64,000 nt of DNA from Synechococcus sp. UW140 (lineage in GTDB: Bacteria > Armatimonadota > Fimbriimonadia > Fimbriimonadales > Fimbriimonadaceae), in assembly GCA_943369295.1 (NCBI GenBank), contig CALRMU020000004.1, positions 38,479 to 102,478 of the forward strand, given 5' to 3'. The notes under the pieces were generated by a model that ran no database searches, had not been told where the DNA came from, and saw only the letters and a list, made by a program, of their open reading frames with translations. Below are positions 35,204-44,889 of the stretch, in pieces; positions within the stretch are counted from its first letter, which is position 1, and every line of letters begins with the position of its first letter. The translations under genes and the position numbers were made by a program.

Positions 35204-37307
35204 TCAGGTGAAGAAGGCGCGTGAGCGCAAAGGAATGAGGGGTGTCCGAATGGTTGCCCTCTTTTCTGTTGGCGCTTTGGCCCTTGCTTCTCTCTCTCAG
35301 CTCGACCGCCAGGTTTTGCGGACAGACAAGCCTCTTGTTGCTTTTGGACTTGGTAAAAAAGGCAAGCTTGCCGCCCCTCCCTTCCGTGGCCCCATCCTCG
35401 CCGCCGATGGAAGAATGGTGGCGGAATCGATCGATTCCTACAAGCTCTCGCTGCACTATAAGACTCTGCCGACCGCTCCTGCCTTTTTTGCCGATCTCAG
35501 TCAGTCCACCGGACTGCCTCCGAGCGAACTGACGGCCCTAAGGGAAAAGAAAACTGCCGCGGGCAAGCCTGTCACCGCTTCATTCGATCAAGGCCTCAGT
35601 CCAACGCAAGTTGAACGGGCCAAGGGTGTTCAGGAAAAGTGGCAGACCGCCGGCCTTACATTTGAAGAAAGGCCAGAAAGGCTTCGGCCTCTGGGTGAGG
35701 CAGTTGCTGACCTCGTAGGAGCCGCAAGCTTTGAAGAGGATAGAAAGCAGAGAAAGACTCTTTTTGTCGGCCGGTATGGTCTTGAAAACTCGCTGAACGG
35801 TCACTTGACCGGCACGGGGCCCCTGCCGAGCGCCAAGCGTGCCAGGATCACAGGCTTGACCGACGAGATTCGTAAGCGGGTTGATGCCGCCTCAGGCCCG
35901 AATCCTGAGCGAAGAGGCGTTGTCCTCACCATCGATTCAGGAATGCAGCAGGCCGCCTACGAGGCAGTCAGAAAGGCTGTCATTCGGACAAGTGCTGCTG
36001 GTGGTTCTGCCCTCGTGCTCGACCCCAAATCAGGCGACCTTTTGGCTTCCGCTGACTATCCGCCCGGACGCACGATTACGGGAGTTGTCAATGGTGAGGA
36101 GCAGGGCTACCTTTACGGCCCGACTGATGCCGCTTTCGAACCTGGTTCCACCTGGAAGCTGCTGACCATGGCATTGGCCTACGATCTCAGGCTCATGTCG
36201 CCTGGCGATACTTTCGTCTCCACTTCGAGTCTGGCTATGCCCAGAGGGCGCCCGATCCGAAACCACGGAGGCAAAGCCTTCGGTGCCATTTCGCCTGGCC
36301 AAGCTATGGCTTATTCCTGCAACACCACCACGGCTCGCTGGGCTTTGGGCATCGGCCAGGATAGATACTATAAGTGGCTGAAATCAACCGGTGCAGTGGA
36401 GAATCGAGCCGGTCTAGGAATGGCGACCGAAACCCGTGGGCTCTTCCATTACGGAACCTCGATTCGAGACTTGGCGAGCGTCGGATTCGGTCAGGGAATC
36501 AACCTTACTCCTGCATCGCTCATCGGCCTTTTTGGCATGATCGCCAACGAGGGCAAGTACGTCAGCCCACGGTTGATTCGATCATTGGGTGGCATTGATC
36601 TGCCAAGCGAAGTTCGGGGTCAGTTCCTTTCGCCAGAAGCCTGTCGGGAAACCTTAAGGGCGGCCGAGATGGTTGTCACCGAGCCAGGCGGCACAGGTCA
36701 CAAGCTGCAGATTCCTGGCTTGAGATTCGGCGGCAAAACGGGAACCGCTCAGATTATCAAGGCGGAAGCTGCCATTGGCTACCGAGCCAACTTCGTCGGA
36801 TTTGTTCCAGCAGAAAAGCCCAAGTACGTGATCTTGGTTATGGTTGATAGGCCAAGCCATGCAGACTACTACGGAGCCAGCGTAGCTGGCCCAGCCTTTG
36901 TCGATATCGCCAAGGCGCTGGTAGCCCAGGGCAAGGTCTCTGGTCCGAGCCTCGCTCAGGCCGAGCCTCTTCCTTCGGCAAGACCTGCTCCGGAAGCTCC
37001 AGCGAGAGCGGCCCAGCCCAATCCTACAACGAGACGAGCAGTTGAGGGGCAGGTCGCTAGGACAAACACAGCCTCGCGTTCTACATCAGATTCCAACTCC
37101 ACCAGGCGCTCTTCTGCCCGGACTACCGAAGAGAAAGCACCGCCCGCCAGACCGAGGTCGGAAAGGGCAGAAGAGCGCACGAACACCAGCAGGCGAACAA
37201 CCGAAAGGTCTGAGACCAAGGCTGACGAAAAGAGGACGCCCTCTTCAGAAAGAAGGAGAAGCGAACCCGAAAAAAAGACTGAGCCCAGGAGGAAGTCGGA
37301 AGAGTGA
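35184..37307 (+). CDS. ftsI: penicillin-binding protein (FtsI/PBP2-type transpeptidase) with long basic C-terminal tail
   Basis: Track ORF 35151..37307; ATG 35184 preferred. It has a TM anchor (VALFSVGALALASL), a dimerisation domain and transpeptidase motifs (STWK at ...FEPGSTWKLLT; SCN at ...AYSCNT; KTGT at ...GGKTGTAQ). A ~121-aa Arg/Ser/Thr/Glu-rich tail follows. Confidence 0.88.
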   Translation: MPSRKIDQVKKARERKGMRGVRMVALFSVGALALASLSQLDRQVLRTDKPLVAFGLGKKGKLAAPPFRGPILAADGRMVAESIDSYKLSLHYKTLPTAPAFFADLSQSTGLPPSELTALREKKTAAGKPVTASFDQGLSPTQVERAKGVQEKWQTAGLTFEERPERLRPLGEAVADLVGAASFEEDRKQRKTLFVGRYGLENSLNGHLTGTGPLPSAKRARITGLTDEIRKRVDAASGPNPERRGVVLTIDSGMQQAAYEAVRKAVIRTSAAGGSALVLDPKSGDLLASADYPPGRTITGVVNGEEQGYLYGPTDAAFEPGSTWKLLTMALAYDLRLMSPGDTFVSTSSLAMPRGRPIRNHGGKAFGAISPGQAMAYSCNTTTARWALGIGQDRYYKWLKSTGAVENRAGLGMATETRGLFHYGTSIRDLASVGFGQGINLTPASLIGLFGMIANEGKYVSPRLIRSLGGIDLPSEVRGQFLSPEACRETLRAAEMVVTEPGGTGHKLQIPGLRFGGKTGTAQIIKAEAAIGYRANFVGFVPAEKPKYVILVMVDRPSHADYYGASVAGPAFVDIAKALVAQGKVSGPSLAQAEPLPSARPAPEAPARAAQPNPTTRRAVEGQVARTNTASRSTSDSNSTRRSSARTTEEKAPPARPRSERAEERTNTSRRTTERSETKADEKRTPSSERRRSEPEKKTEPRRKSEE

Positions 37308-38800
37308 CTTTAGATCAGCTGCTTGATGGCTTAGATCTTCCTGTACTTGCTTCTCAGAATCTTCACAAGAATCTGAGAGGCATTTCTTCTGACAGCCGCA
37401 CGGCTCGTTCTGGAGACCTTTTCATCTGCATGCCATCGGCAGCGCGAGATACACATCAGTATCTGATCCCCATGGCAGGGCAGGGAATCGAAGGAGCTTT
37501 CTGCCACACAGAGGAAGGCTATTCCTTGGCCGTCAGCCTCGGATTGGCCTCGGTTCTTCTGCCAGCAGAAACCAGTCAGTTCTTTTCGGCTGCCGGAAAA
37601 TCCGCCCACAAAATGATGGATTTCCCCACCCAGAAGATGAAGCTGGTGGGGGTGACAGGCACTAACGGGAAGACATCAACTGCATGGATGCTTCGCGATG
37701 CTCTTCAGGTCATCCATGGTCCGACCGCCTACCTAGGGACCCTTGGGCTCAAGACTCCAGCCGGACTTGAACTTGTTTCGAATACAACTCCCTGGCCGGT
37801 TGATTTGGCCCTCATGTGCAAAGACGCCGTGAAGTCGGAATGCACCGCCATGACCATGGAGGCAAGCAGTCACGCTCTTGCCGAGCAGAGGCTGGCCGGA
37901 GTGCTATTTGATGTGGGAGTCTTTACCAACCTGACTCAAGATCATTTGGACTTCCACAAGACCATGGATGCCTACGGAGAAGCTAAGAAGCTTCTCTTCA
38001 CTCAAAAGGCCAGGGAAGCCAGAGAGGCAGGAAAGGATTTCATTTCAGTCCTTAACATTGGCGACGAACTGGGCGCTAAGTGGGCCAAAGAATTAACAGG
38101 GCAGATCGTCACCTATGGCTCAGAAAGCGCCGCTCTTCAGGTGTCGATCATTCAGGCCACGGCCGATTCGCTGCACCTCAAGGCGAGTTGGGAAGGAAGA
38201 TTTGTAGAGTACAGCCTTGGTTTTGGCGGACTCTTTCACGTGCAGAACTCCACTGCAGCTTTAGGAGCCCTTTTGGCTCTTGGCCATTCGTTGGATAGGT
38301 CGTGTGAGGCCCTCTCTTGGGCCTCCGCGACCCCTGGAAGATTTGAGCCCGTTCACAACGACCTTGGCTTCAGCGTTCTCATCGATTACGCCCACACGCC
38401 TGACGCCCTGAGAACAGTGCTGACTTCGGTTAAAGAACTGCCCCATAAGCGGATCATCACTTTGTTTGGATGCGGCGGTGATAGAGACAAGACAAAACGT
38501 CCTTTGATGGCCCAGGCGGCATCCGAGGCATCTGACCTCGTGATTCTTACCAGCGACAACCCGCGCACGGAGGATCCACTTGACATCATCGCAGATGCTC
38601 AAGTGGGATTGACTGGCACTGACCATCGAACCATTCCTGATAGAACAGATGCCATTTTTGAAGCCATTGCCTTGGCAGAAGAAGGCGACATCGTCGTGCT
38701 TGCCGGAAAAGGGCACGAGAACTATCAGATTATCGGCCGCGAAAAGCGGGCCTACGATGATAAAGAAGTGGCCATGCGGGCCTTGGCGGCGAGGTCTTGA
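37304..38800 (+). CDS. murE: UDP-N-acetylmuramoyl-L-alanyl-D-glutamate--2,6-diaminopimelate ligase
   Basis: 498 aa; GTGA overlap with ftsI. GVTGTNGKTST P-loop. The DNPR motif (LTSDNPRTEDP) indicates meso-DAP specificity. Confidence 0.9.
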   Translation: MTLDQLLDGLDLPVLASQNLHKNLRGISSDSRTARSGDLFICMPSAARDTHQYLIPMAGQGIEGAFCHTEEGYSLAVSLGLASVLLPAETSQFFSAAGKSAHKMMDFPTQKMKLVGVTGTNGKTSTAWMLRDALQVIHGPTAYLGTLGLKTPAGLELVSNTTPWPVDLALMCKDAVKSECTAMTMEASSHALAEQRLAGVLFDVGVFTNLTQDHLDFHKTMDAYGEAKKLLFTQKAREAREAGKDFISVLNIGDELGAKWAKELTGQIVTYGSESAALQVSIIQATADSLHLKASWEGRFVEYSLGFGGLFHVQNSTAALGALLALGHSLDRSCEALSWASATPGRFEPVHNDLGFSVLIDYAHTPDALRTVLTSVKELPHKRIITLFGCGGDRDKTKRPLMAQAASEASDLVILTSDNPRTEDPLDIIADAQVGLTGTDHRTIPDRTDAIFEAIALAEEGDIVVLAGKGHENYQIIGREKRAYDDKEVAMRALAARS

Positions 38801-40161
38801 TTCACCTCACTCTTTCTGATTTTGCTCGACGCTGTGGCGGCGAGCTCTTTGCACCCGAGGCAGTGATTTCTGGCTTCGCCACTGATTCGCGGGAAGTGGT
38901 TGAGGGCAGCCTCTTTTTGGCGATCAAGGGGGCAAAAGTCGACGGCCACGAATTTGCCGAGCAGGTGACAGCCGCCGGAGCCTGTGCCGTACTGGCGGAG
39001 CGGCCCTTGGCTGTGCCTCACATTCTGGTTCCCAACTTAGTCGACGCCTTGGCTAAGTTTGGTTCGAGCCTGAGAGAGGAGTTTGCCGGAGTCGTGGTCG
39101 GAGTCACAGGTTCGGCCGGCAAGACGACAACCAAGGAGTTCATCGCTGCTGCCTTGAGCCCGAATGGAACGGTTCTGAAGAACAGAGGCAACAGAAACAC
39201 GGAATACACATCGCCCCTCATTTGGGCCGAGCAGAATCCAGGCGACTGGGCGGCTGTTGTCGAGATGGGGATGAGAGGTTTTGACCAGATTAGGCACCTG
39301 GCGAAAATCGGCCGACCCAACATTGCCGTCATCACCATGATTGGCACTGCTCACATTGAAATGGTGGGCAGCCGAGAGGGAATTGCCCGCGCCAAGGGCG
39401 AGATTTTGGAGTACGTGGAGCCTGAGGGCCATGCCATCTTCTGGGCCGAAGATGATTTTCTGAGCCAGCTTAAGGGCATGACTCATTCCACCGTTTCGAC
39501 TTTTGGCTTTAGTCCCGAGGCTGACTGCCGCATCACTGGCTACCGTGCCATCAACTGGAAGTCATCTTTGATTGAAGGACTCTGCGATGGTGCCCGTTGG
39601 TCAGCAGAGCTTGGAATTCTTGGCCGCCACCATGCAAGAAACGCTGCCGCCGGTCTCCTGGCTGCTGTCAGAGGTGGAGTTAAGCTGGCTGAAGCTGCTG
39701 CCGATCTCAGCAGGGCTGAGCTTCCTCCCATGCGAATGGAAGCGGCAGAACTGGATGGAATCACCTACCTGATTGATGCCTACAATGCCAGCCCAGATTC
39801 GACTTCGGCGGCTTTGCAGGCTTTGGCCGAAGTGCCAGCTTCTGGAAAGCGAGTCGCTGTTCTGGGAGAGATGAGGGAACTAGGCGACTACACCGAAAGG
39901 GGTCATCGCTTGGTGGGGCAGTCTTTGGCGGCTGCCATGCCGGACGCCTGCCTTCTTACTGGGGGCCCCACTTCTTTCATCGCAGAAGAAGCGATGAAGA
40001 GCGGCTACCCGGAATCACGTCTGACTCAGCTTGAGGCAGTTGATCTTGATGTCGTGCGCAGCTTTTTGGGCAAGCTGACCTCTGGTGACGTTGCCCTGAT
40101 TAAAGGCAGCAGAGCTTTGGGTCTCGAAACAGCCCTGCCAGAAGGGGTGAAGCGTGTTTGA
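38797..40161 (+). CDS. murF: UDP-N-acetylmuramoyl-tripeptide--D-alanyl-D-alanine ligase
   Basis: 454 aa; TTG start overlapping the murE stop. GVTGSAGKTTTKE P-loop, Mur ligase middle and C-terminal domains, and its position in the dcw cluster. Confidence 0.88.
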   Translation: MIHLTLSDFARRCGGELFAPEAVISGFATDSREVVEGSLFLAIKGAKVDGHEFAEQVTAAGACAVLAERPLAVPHILVPNLVDALAKFGSSLREEFAGVVVGVTGSAGKTTTKEFIAAALSPNGTVLKNRGNRNTEYTSPLIWAEQNPGDWAAVVEMGMRGFDQIRHLAKIGRPNIAVITMIGTAHIEMVGSREGIARAKGEILEYVEPEGHAIFWAEDDFLSQLKGMTHSTVSTFGFSPEADCRITGYRAINWKSSLIEGLCDGARWSAELGILGRHHARNAAAGLLAAVRGGVKLAEAAADLSRAELPPMRMEAAELDGITYLIDAYNASPDSTSAALQALAEVPASGKRVAVLGEMRELGDYTERGHRLVGQSLAAAMPDACLLTGGPTSFIAEEAMKSGYPESRLTQLEAVDLDVVRSFLGKLTSGDVALIKGSRALGLETALPEGVKRV

Positions 40162-41125
40162 TCCCGATATGCTCTATTCGGCTGGGCTCGGGTTACTGTC
40201 CGCCCTCTTGGCCTCATCGATTCTTGCGCCTTTCATTCTTAAGGCTTTGGTCAAGGCCAAAAGCCAGCAGACGATTCACCACAGCCTGCAGGAGCATGCC
40301 CACAAGCAGGGAACTCCGACAATGGGAGGGCTTATCGTTCTTGCCGGAGTGGCAAGCGCGGCTGCCTTGGCTGGGTTCAGAGACCTTGCAGCCCCCCTTG
40401 TGCTCATGGCGGTTTTTGCCGTTCTGGGCTACTTGGATGACTATTTGATTCCCAAGCTAAAGCCAGGCAAAAGAGGCTTTGACTGGATGCCGAAGATGGC
40501 CTGCCAGATTGCCGCTGTGGCAGGATCGCTTGCTTTGGCGGGAAGGCTGGACCCCATCAGCTTCGGGCTCGGGCTCTTTCTGATTCTCTTTTACTCTAAC
40601 GCCTACAACTTTAGTGACGGGCTCGACAGCCTCGCCGGAGGATTGGGAATGATCCTGGCCGGAGCCTTTATCATTCTTCTCGGAATGGTGATGGGCTCCC
40701 AGACCCTCGGCTTTCTTCTCGGAGCAGTGATCGGCGGGCTTATGCCTTTCATGTTCCTCAACGCTCCCCCCGCCAAGGTCTTTATGGGCGACGTCGGAGC
40801 TTTGAGCATCGGCGCCCTTTTCGGCTGGACGACCCTAGTTCTTCTCGTCCCCGCTCCGGGTGCACCCATCGATCTCACCCTCCTCCTTCCTTTGGTCGTG
40901 GTCAGCTTGGTGATGTTCGCCGAGATCGTGCCCGTGCCATTGCAGGTCGCCAGTGCGAAGCTTCGCAAGGGCAAGAGGCTCTTTCCCTTTAAGACTCCTA
41001 TTCACCACGGCGTGCAGGAGCTGGGATGGTCGGAATCGCGAATCGCCTGGCTCTTTCACCTCGTCCAAGCAGGTTGTGCAGTGGCCGGAATCATTCTTTA
41101 CGCTGTCATGAGGGTGAATGCCTAG
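40154..41125 (+). CDS. mraY: phospho-N-acetylmuramoyl-pentapeptide transferase
   Basis: 323 aa, polytopic. ...HKQGTPTMGGL...LDDYLIPKLKPGKRG...NAYNFSDGLDSLAGG...VFMGDVGALSIGALFG are MraY motifs. Confidence 0.92.
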   Translation: MFDPDMLYSAGLGLLSALLASSILAPFILKALVKAKSQQTIHHSLQEHAHKQGTPTMGGLIVLAGVASAAALAGFRDLAAPLVLMAVFAVLGYLDDYLIPKLKPGKRGFDWMPKMACQIAAVAGSLALAGRLDPISFGLGLFLILFYSNAYNFSDGLDSLAGGLGMILAGAFIILLGMVMGSQTLGFLLGAVIGGLMPFMFLNAPPAKVFMGDVGALSIGALFGWTTLVLLVPAPGAPIDLTLLLPLVVVSLVMFAEIVPVPLQVASAKLRKGKRLFPFKTPIHHGVQELGWSESRIAWLFHLVQAGCAVAGIILYAVMRVNA

Positions 41126-42518
41126 CTTCGATTTCTCTGGTTTGAGGGTGGCTGTCGCGGGACTGGGAGTCTCGGGGCAGGCCGCGGCTTTGGCCATTCA
41201 AGCAAGGGGCGGCGACGTAACAGCCCTTGACGAAAAACCCGGAGATTCAGGTCCTCAGCTTCAGGCCGTTGATCGTCTGACTGGCCAGGGAGTCAAGGTG
41301 ATTACTGGCTGGCCAGGCAGGCTGGACAGCAGAGAGTTTGACCTTCTTATTGTCAGCCCAGGAATCAGAATCAACCACCCTGTCATGCAGGATATGGCGG
41401 GCAAGGTGTGGGGAGAAGTCGAGCTGGCCTGGCAGATCAGCCGTGCTCCTTTGATGGCAGTCACAGGCACCAACGGCAAGAGCACTGTCACAGTCTTGAC
41501 CTGGCTTCTGCTTAACGCCGAAGGCAAAAAGGCGAAGCTCTGCGGAAACATTGCCGGTTCTGGATTCCCAGAAATGGCCCTGACTCAGGCTGCCTCTGAG
41601 GCTGAGCCGGACCAGATTTTAGCTTCAGAAATCAGCAGTTTTCAGCTTGAGACTGTTCATGAATTCCGGCCCTTCTCGGCTGGAATCACCGTCATTACTC
41701 CCGACCACCTGGACCGCCATGCCTCTTACGCCGAATACCGCCGGTGCAAGTTGAAGCTGGTTCAGAAGATGGGAATGGGGGATAGAGTTGTCGCTCCCCT
41801 GCACGTCAAAGATCCTCTCGCGCAGGATCTCTTTGAGCTCGCTCCCAACGCGACCCACGTTTCGTTTGACCCAACCGGCAGGCAGAAGGGAGAGAATTCC
41901 GTCGTCTATCGAGAAGGGGCGACCCTCCTTCTCGGCGGGCACAGACTAGAAATCAGCGAGCTTCAGGTTCCTGGCGAGCATTTCGTTGCCAACGTCATGA
42001 TGGCCTGGGAACTGGCAAGCGCCTTTACCCAACTGGGTGCGGCCAGCATCGCTGCCCTTCGCGAGTTTAAAGGGTTGAACCACCGCATGGAGTTGGTGGG
42101 AGAGAAGCAGGGAATCAAGGTCATCAACAATTCGATGTGCACCAACCCAGGGGCGGCCGCGGCTTCGATTCTGGCTCTTGCTGCCACTCACCCAGGAAGG
42201 CAGCACCTGATCATGGGGGGCAGCCCCAAGAACATGGGCGAGGAAGAATTCGAGCCTCTAAGGCAGGTTTTGAGAGAGACAGACTGCCTTGTCCGATTGA
42301 TTGGCCCGAACCCCGATTTCTTCAGGACACTCTTGGGTGTGGAGCTCACTCACTTCGACTCTTTGGATCGGGCCTTTGCCGACTGCACGGCTAAGGCAGA
42401 AAGAGGGGAAGTGGTTATGCTTGTCCCCGCATGTGCAAGCACCCCACCCTTCGCAAATTTTAAAGAACGAGGCGATGCTTTTAAGAGCATTGCCAACCAA
42501 TGGCTGGAGGCCCAATGA
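41118..42518 (+). CDS. murD: UDP-N-acetylmuramoylalanine--D-glutamate ligase
   Basis: 466 aa. N-terminal Rossmann VAVAGLGVSGQAAA, AVTGTNGKSTV P-loop, and its position between mraY and ftsW. Confidence 0.88.
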   Translation: MPSFDFSGLRVAVAGLGVSGQAAALAIQARGGDVTALDEKPGDSGPQLQAVDRLTGQGVKVITGWPGRLDSREFDLLIVSPGIRINHPVMQDMAGKVWGEVELAWQISRAPLMAVTGTNGKSTVTVLTWLLLNAEGKKAKLCGNIAGSGFPEMALTQAASEAEPDQILASEISSFQLETVHEFRPFSAGITVITPDHLDRHASYAEYRRCKLKLVQKMGMGDRVVAPLHVKDPLAQDLFELAPNATHVSFDPTGRQKGENSVVYREGATLLLGGHRLEISELQVPGEHFVANVMMAWELASAFTQLGAASIAALREFKGLNHRMELVGEKQGIKVINNSMCTNPGAAAASILALAATHPGRQHLIMGGSPKNMGEEEFEPLRQVLRETDCLVRLIGPNPDFFRTLLGVELTHFDSLDRAFADCTAKAERGEVVMLVPACASTPPFANFKERGDAFKSIANQWLEAQ

Positions 42519-43822
42519 AAAGAACAAGGAAGACGACAAAGAAGGTCAGCAGGAGGTCGACTCCTGGGCTGATTCCCTCTATGATTTCAGGCTTGACCAG
42601 AGTCAAGGACCGCTTGACGCGGATGCCTGAAATTGACTGGCCTTTGTTTGGATTGTGCTTTCTGGCCAGTTTGATTGGCATCGTGGCGATTTTCAGCGCG
42701 GGCATGACCGGCTCGACGACTTTCGGCGTGCCCCGCGATGCTTTTAAGCAGGGCATCTGGCTGGTTGCCGGAATCATTGCTTTCATTCTTACGGCTGGCT
42801 GCCGAGCAGAAGGGATTCAGAAATGGACGCGAGGGCTGCTTATGGGTGCTGCCGTCCTGGTTCTGCTTACTTTCGTTCCAGGACTTGGAAAGACTGAGAA
42901 CTCTCAGACCTTGTGGCTTGACCTGAAGGTCATTTCACTTCAGCCTGCCGAGCTGCTTAAGTACGCCGCCCTCATGGGTGTCGCCCTCTCTTTCTCAAAG
43001 ATGTCTGAAAGGCCGATTTGGCGGGGAATGGATGCTTATTCCAGCTTTCCCCACATGCTTGAAAAGTACATTTTCCCCTTGATCAAGCACAACTCTCCTG
43101 TCATTTTGGGCTTGACCTGCGCGGGTCTGGTTTTGGCCCAGCAGGATATGGCAACGGCCTCTGTTATCTTGGTCGCAACACTCGGAATGATGGTTGCTTC
43201 GGGTGTCTCCAACATTCAAGTGCTTAAACTCGTTGGAGTTTTGGCAGTGTTGTCCCTCGTCTTTGCCTTGACTGCTGGCTATAGAATGTCACGCATTCAA
43301 AACTGGGTCAATCGTTACGATCCGGCCATCATCAACCACGGCGGATTCCAGCAGACGAGGTCGGAGCTGGCCTTGGCAAAAGGAGGCTGGTATGGCCGCG
43401 GCCTAGCTCAAGGGACGATTAAGAAAAGCCTTCCCACCCCGACCAGTGACTTTGTTATGGCAACGGTGGGAGAGGAAACTGGCGTCTTAGGAGTGTGGGC
43501 AATCATCGGCATCATGGCTGCCATCTGCCTGCGCATGCTGCACCTCGCGGAGCGAGCCAGCGGTATGGGAAGGATGGTCTGTACAGGGGCAGGAGTCTGG
43601 ATTGCTGCCCAGACCGCCATAAATGTGGCAATGGTGAATGCATGGATTCCGGCTGTCGGACTGCCCATGCCGTTCATCACCTACGGCGGTTCGAGCCTTA
43701 TTGTTTTGTGGATTTTGGTGGGAGCCGTTTCGGCTCTCTCTGTGCGGGTGAAGGAGGAAGAATCAGTTGCGTCTGACAGTGACGGGTGGGGGCACGGGCG
43801 GACACGTTTTTCCCGCACTTGA
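42515..43822 (+). CDS. ftsW: SEDS-family peptidoglycan glycosyltransferase FtsW
   Basis: Track ORF 42500..43822. ATG 42515 has a ggagg SD and an ATGA overlap with the murD stop. It is polytopic, with LQPAELLK and PTPTSDFVMATVGEETG motifs typical of FtsW/RodA. Confidence 0.88.
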   Translation: MKRTRKTTKKVSRRSTPGLIPSMISGLTRVKDRLTRMPEIDWPLFGLCFLASLIGIVAIFSAGMTGSTTFGVPRDAFKQGIWLVAGIIAFILTAGCRAEGIQKWTRGLLMGAAVLVLLTFVPGLGKTENSQTLWLDLKVISLQPAELLKYAALMGVALSFSKMSERPIWRGMDAYSSFPHMLEKYIFPLIKHNSPVILGLTCAGLVLAQQDMATASVILVATLGMMVASGVSNIQVLKLVGVLAVLSLVFALTAGYRMSRIQNWVNRYDPAIINHGGFQQTRSELALAKGGWYGRGLAQGTIKKSLPTPTSDFVMATVGEETGVLGVWAIIGIMAAICLRMLHLAERASGMGRMVCTGAGVWIAAQTAINVAMVNAWIPAVGLPMPFITYGGSSLIVLWILVGAVSALSVRVKEEESVASDSDGWGHGRTRFSRT

Positions 43823-44873
43823 GGCAGCCAAGGCTGCCCGCGACAAGGGCTGGCAGGTTGAATATCTTGGCTCAGAAAGGGGGCAGGAGGGGGCGGCCTG
43901 TGCCAAGGCAGATATTCCCTTTATCGCCTTTCCTTCGCATCCTTTAATCAAGCCTTTCTCCTGCCGAGGTGCAAAGACTCTGCTTTTGATGGCCAAGGCG
44001 ATCCTGATGGCCAAGCGTCGCCTCTTGGAAAGGCGGCCTGACGCTGTCTTGACCATGGGGGGCTATTCCAGTGCCCCCGTCGTGCAGGCGGCCAAGGCCC
44101 TAAGGATTCCGATCATCGTCCACGAGCAGAACAGCGTTCCGGGGCGAACCAACCTCTTAGCGGCCAAGGGGGGAGGGGCTGTCTGTTCGGTGTTTCACCA
44201 TACGGCACAGCATTTTCCTGGCAGTAAAGTCATTCGCACTGGCAACCCAGTTCGTGCAAGTTTGAGGGAGGCGGCTTCGGGGATTCTGCCCTTTAACACG
44301 CCCTGGGCAGCCGGGCGCCCTGCTGTTTTGGTGATGGGGGGCAGCCAGGGGGCTGCTGCTTTGAACGATGTTTCTCTTGCTACCGCCGTTCGTATGGCAA
44401 GAGCCGGGATTCAGTGGATTCACTTGACTGGTCCGAACCATTACGAGGGAGCTTTGGAGGCCAGGGCCAAGCTTTCTGTCGGCGGTGACTACGACATACG
44501 AGCCTTTATGGATGCAGACGGCATGGCAGAAGCGTTCAGCGCTTGCCAGATGGCTGTGTGCAGGAGCGGAGCAGGAACCCTTACAGAATTGGCTGCTTTT
44601 CGTCGGCCTTCGATTCTTGTGCCTTACCCTAACGCCTTTGCCGACCACCAAAAGGTAAACGCTCAGGAGTTTGTTGAGATGGGGGCGGCCGTGATGCTTG
44701 AACAGAAAGACCTTTCCCCCTCTGGTTTGGAAGGGCGGATTTTATCCTGGCTGCACGATAAGGATCTCTACGCCGAGGCGCAGAAGGCAATGGCTGAATG
44801 GGATATTGTGGACAGTACAGAAAGGATTATTCAGGTTCTAGAAGAGACAGTTAAGCGCCCTGCCTTAGCCTGA
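43767..44873 (+). CDS. murG: undecaprenyldiphospho-muramoylpentapeptide beta-N-acetylglucosaminyltransferase
   Basis: 368 aa; TTG start 9 nt after AAGGAGG, overlapping the ftsW 3' end by 56 nt. TGGGTGGHVFPALE N-terminus and C-terminal ...CRSGAGTLTELAAFRRPSILVPYP... Confidence 0.9.
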   Translation: MRLTVTGGGTGGHVFPALEAAKAARDKGWQVEYLGSERGQEGAACAKADIPFIAFPSHPLIKPFSCRGAKTLLLMAKAILMAKRRLLERRPDAVLTMGGYSSAPVVQAAKALRIPIIVHEQNSVPGRTNLLAAKGGGAVCSVFHHTAQHFPGSKVIRTGNPVRASLREAASGILPFNTPWAAGRPAVLVMGGSQGAAALNDVSLATAVRMARAGIQWIHLTGPNHYEGALEARAKLSVGGDYDIRAFMDADGMAEAFSACQMAVCRSGAGTLTELAAFRRPSILVPYPNAFADHQKVNAQEFVEMGAAVMLEQKDLSPSGLEGRILSWLHDKDLYAEAQKAMAEWDIVDSTERIIQVLEETVKRPALA

Positions 44874-44889
44874 CCCTGAAAAGTGATTT

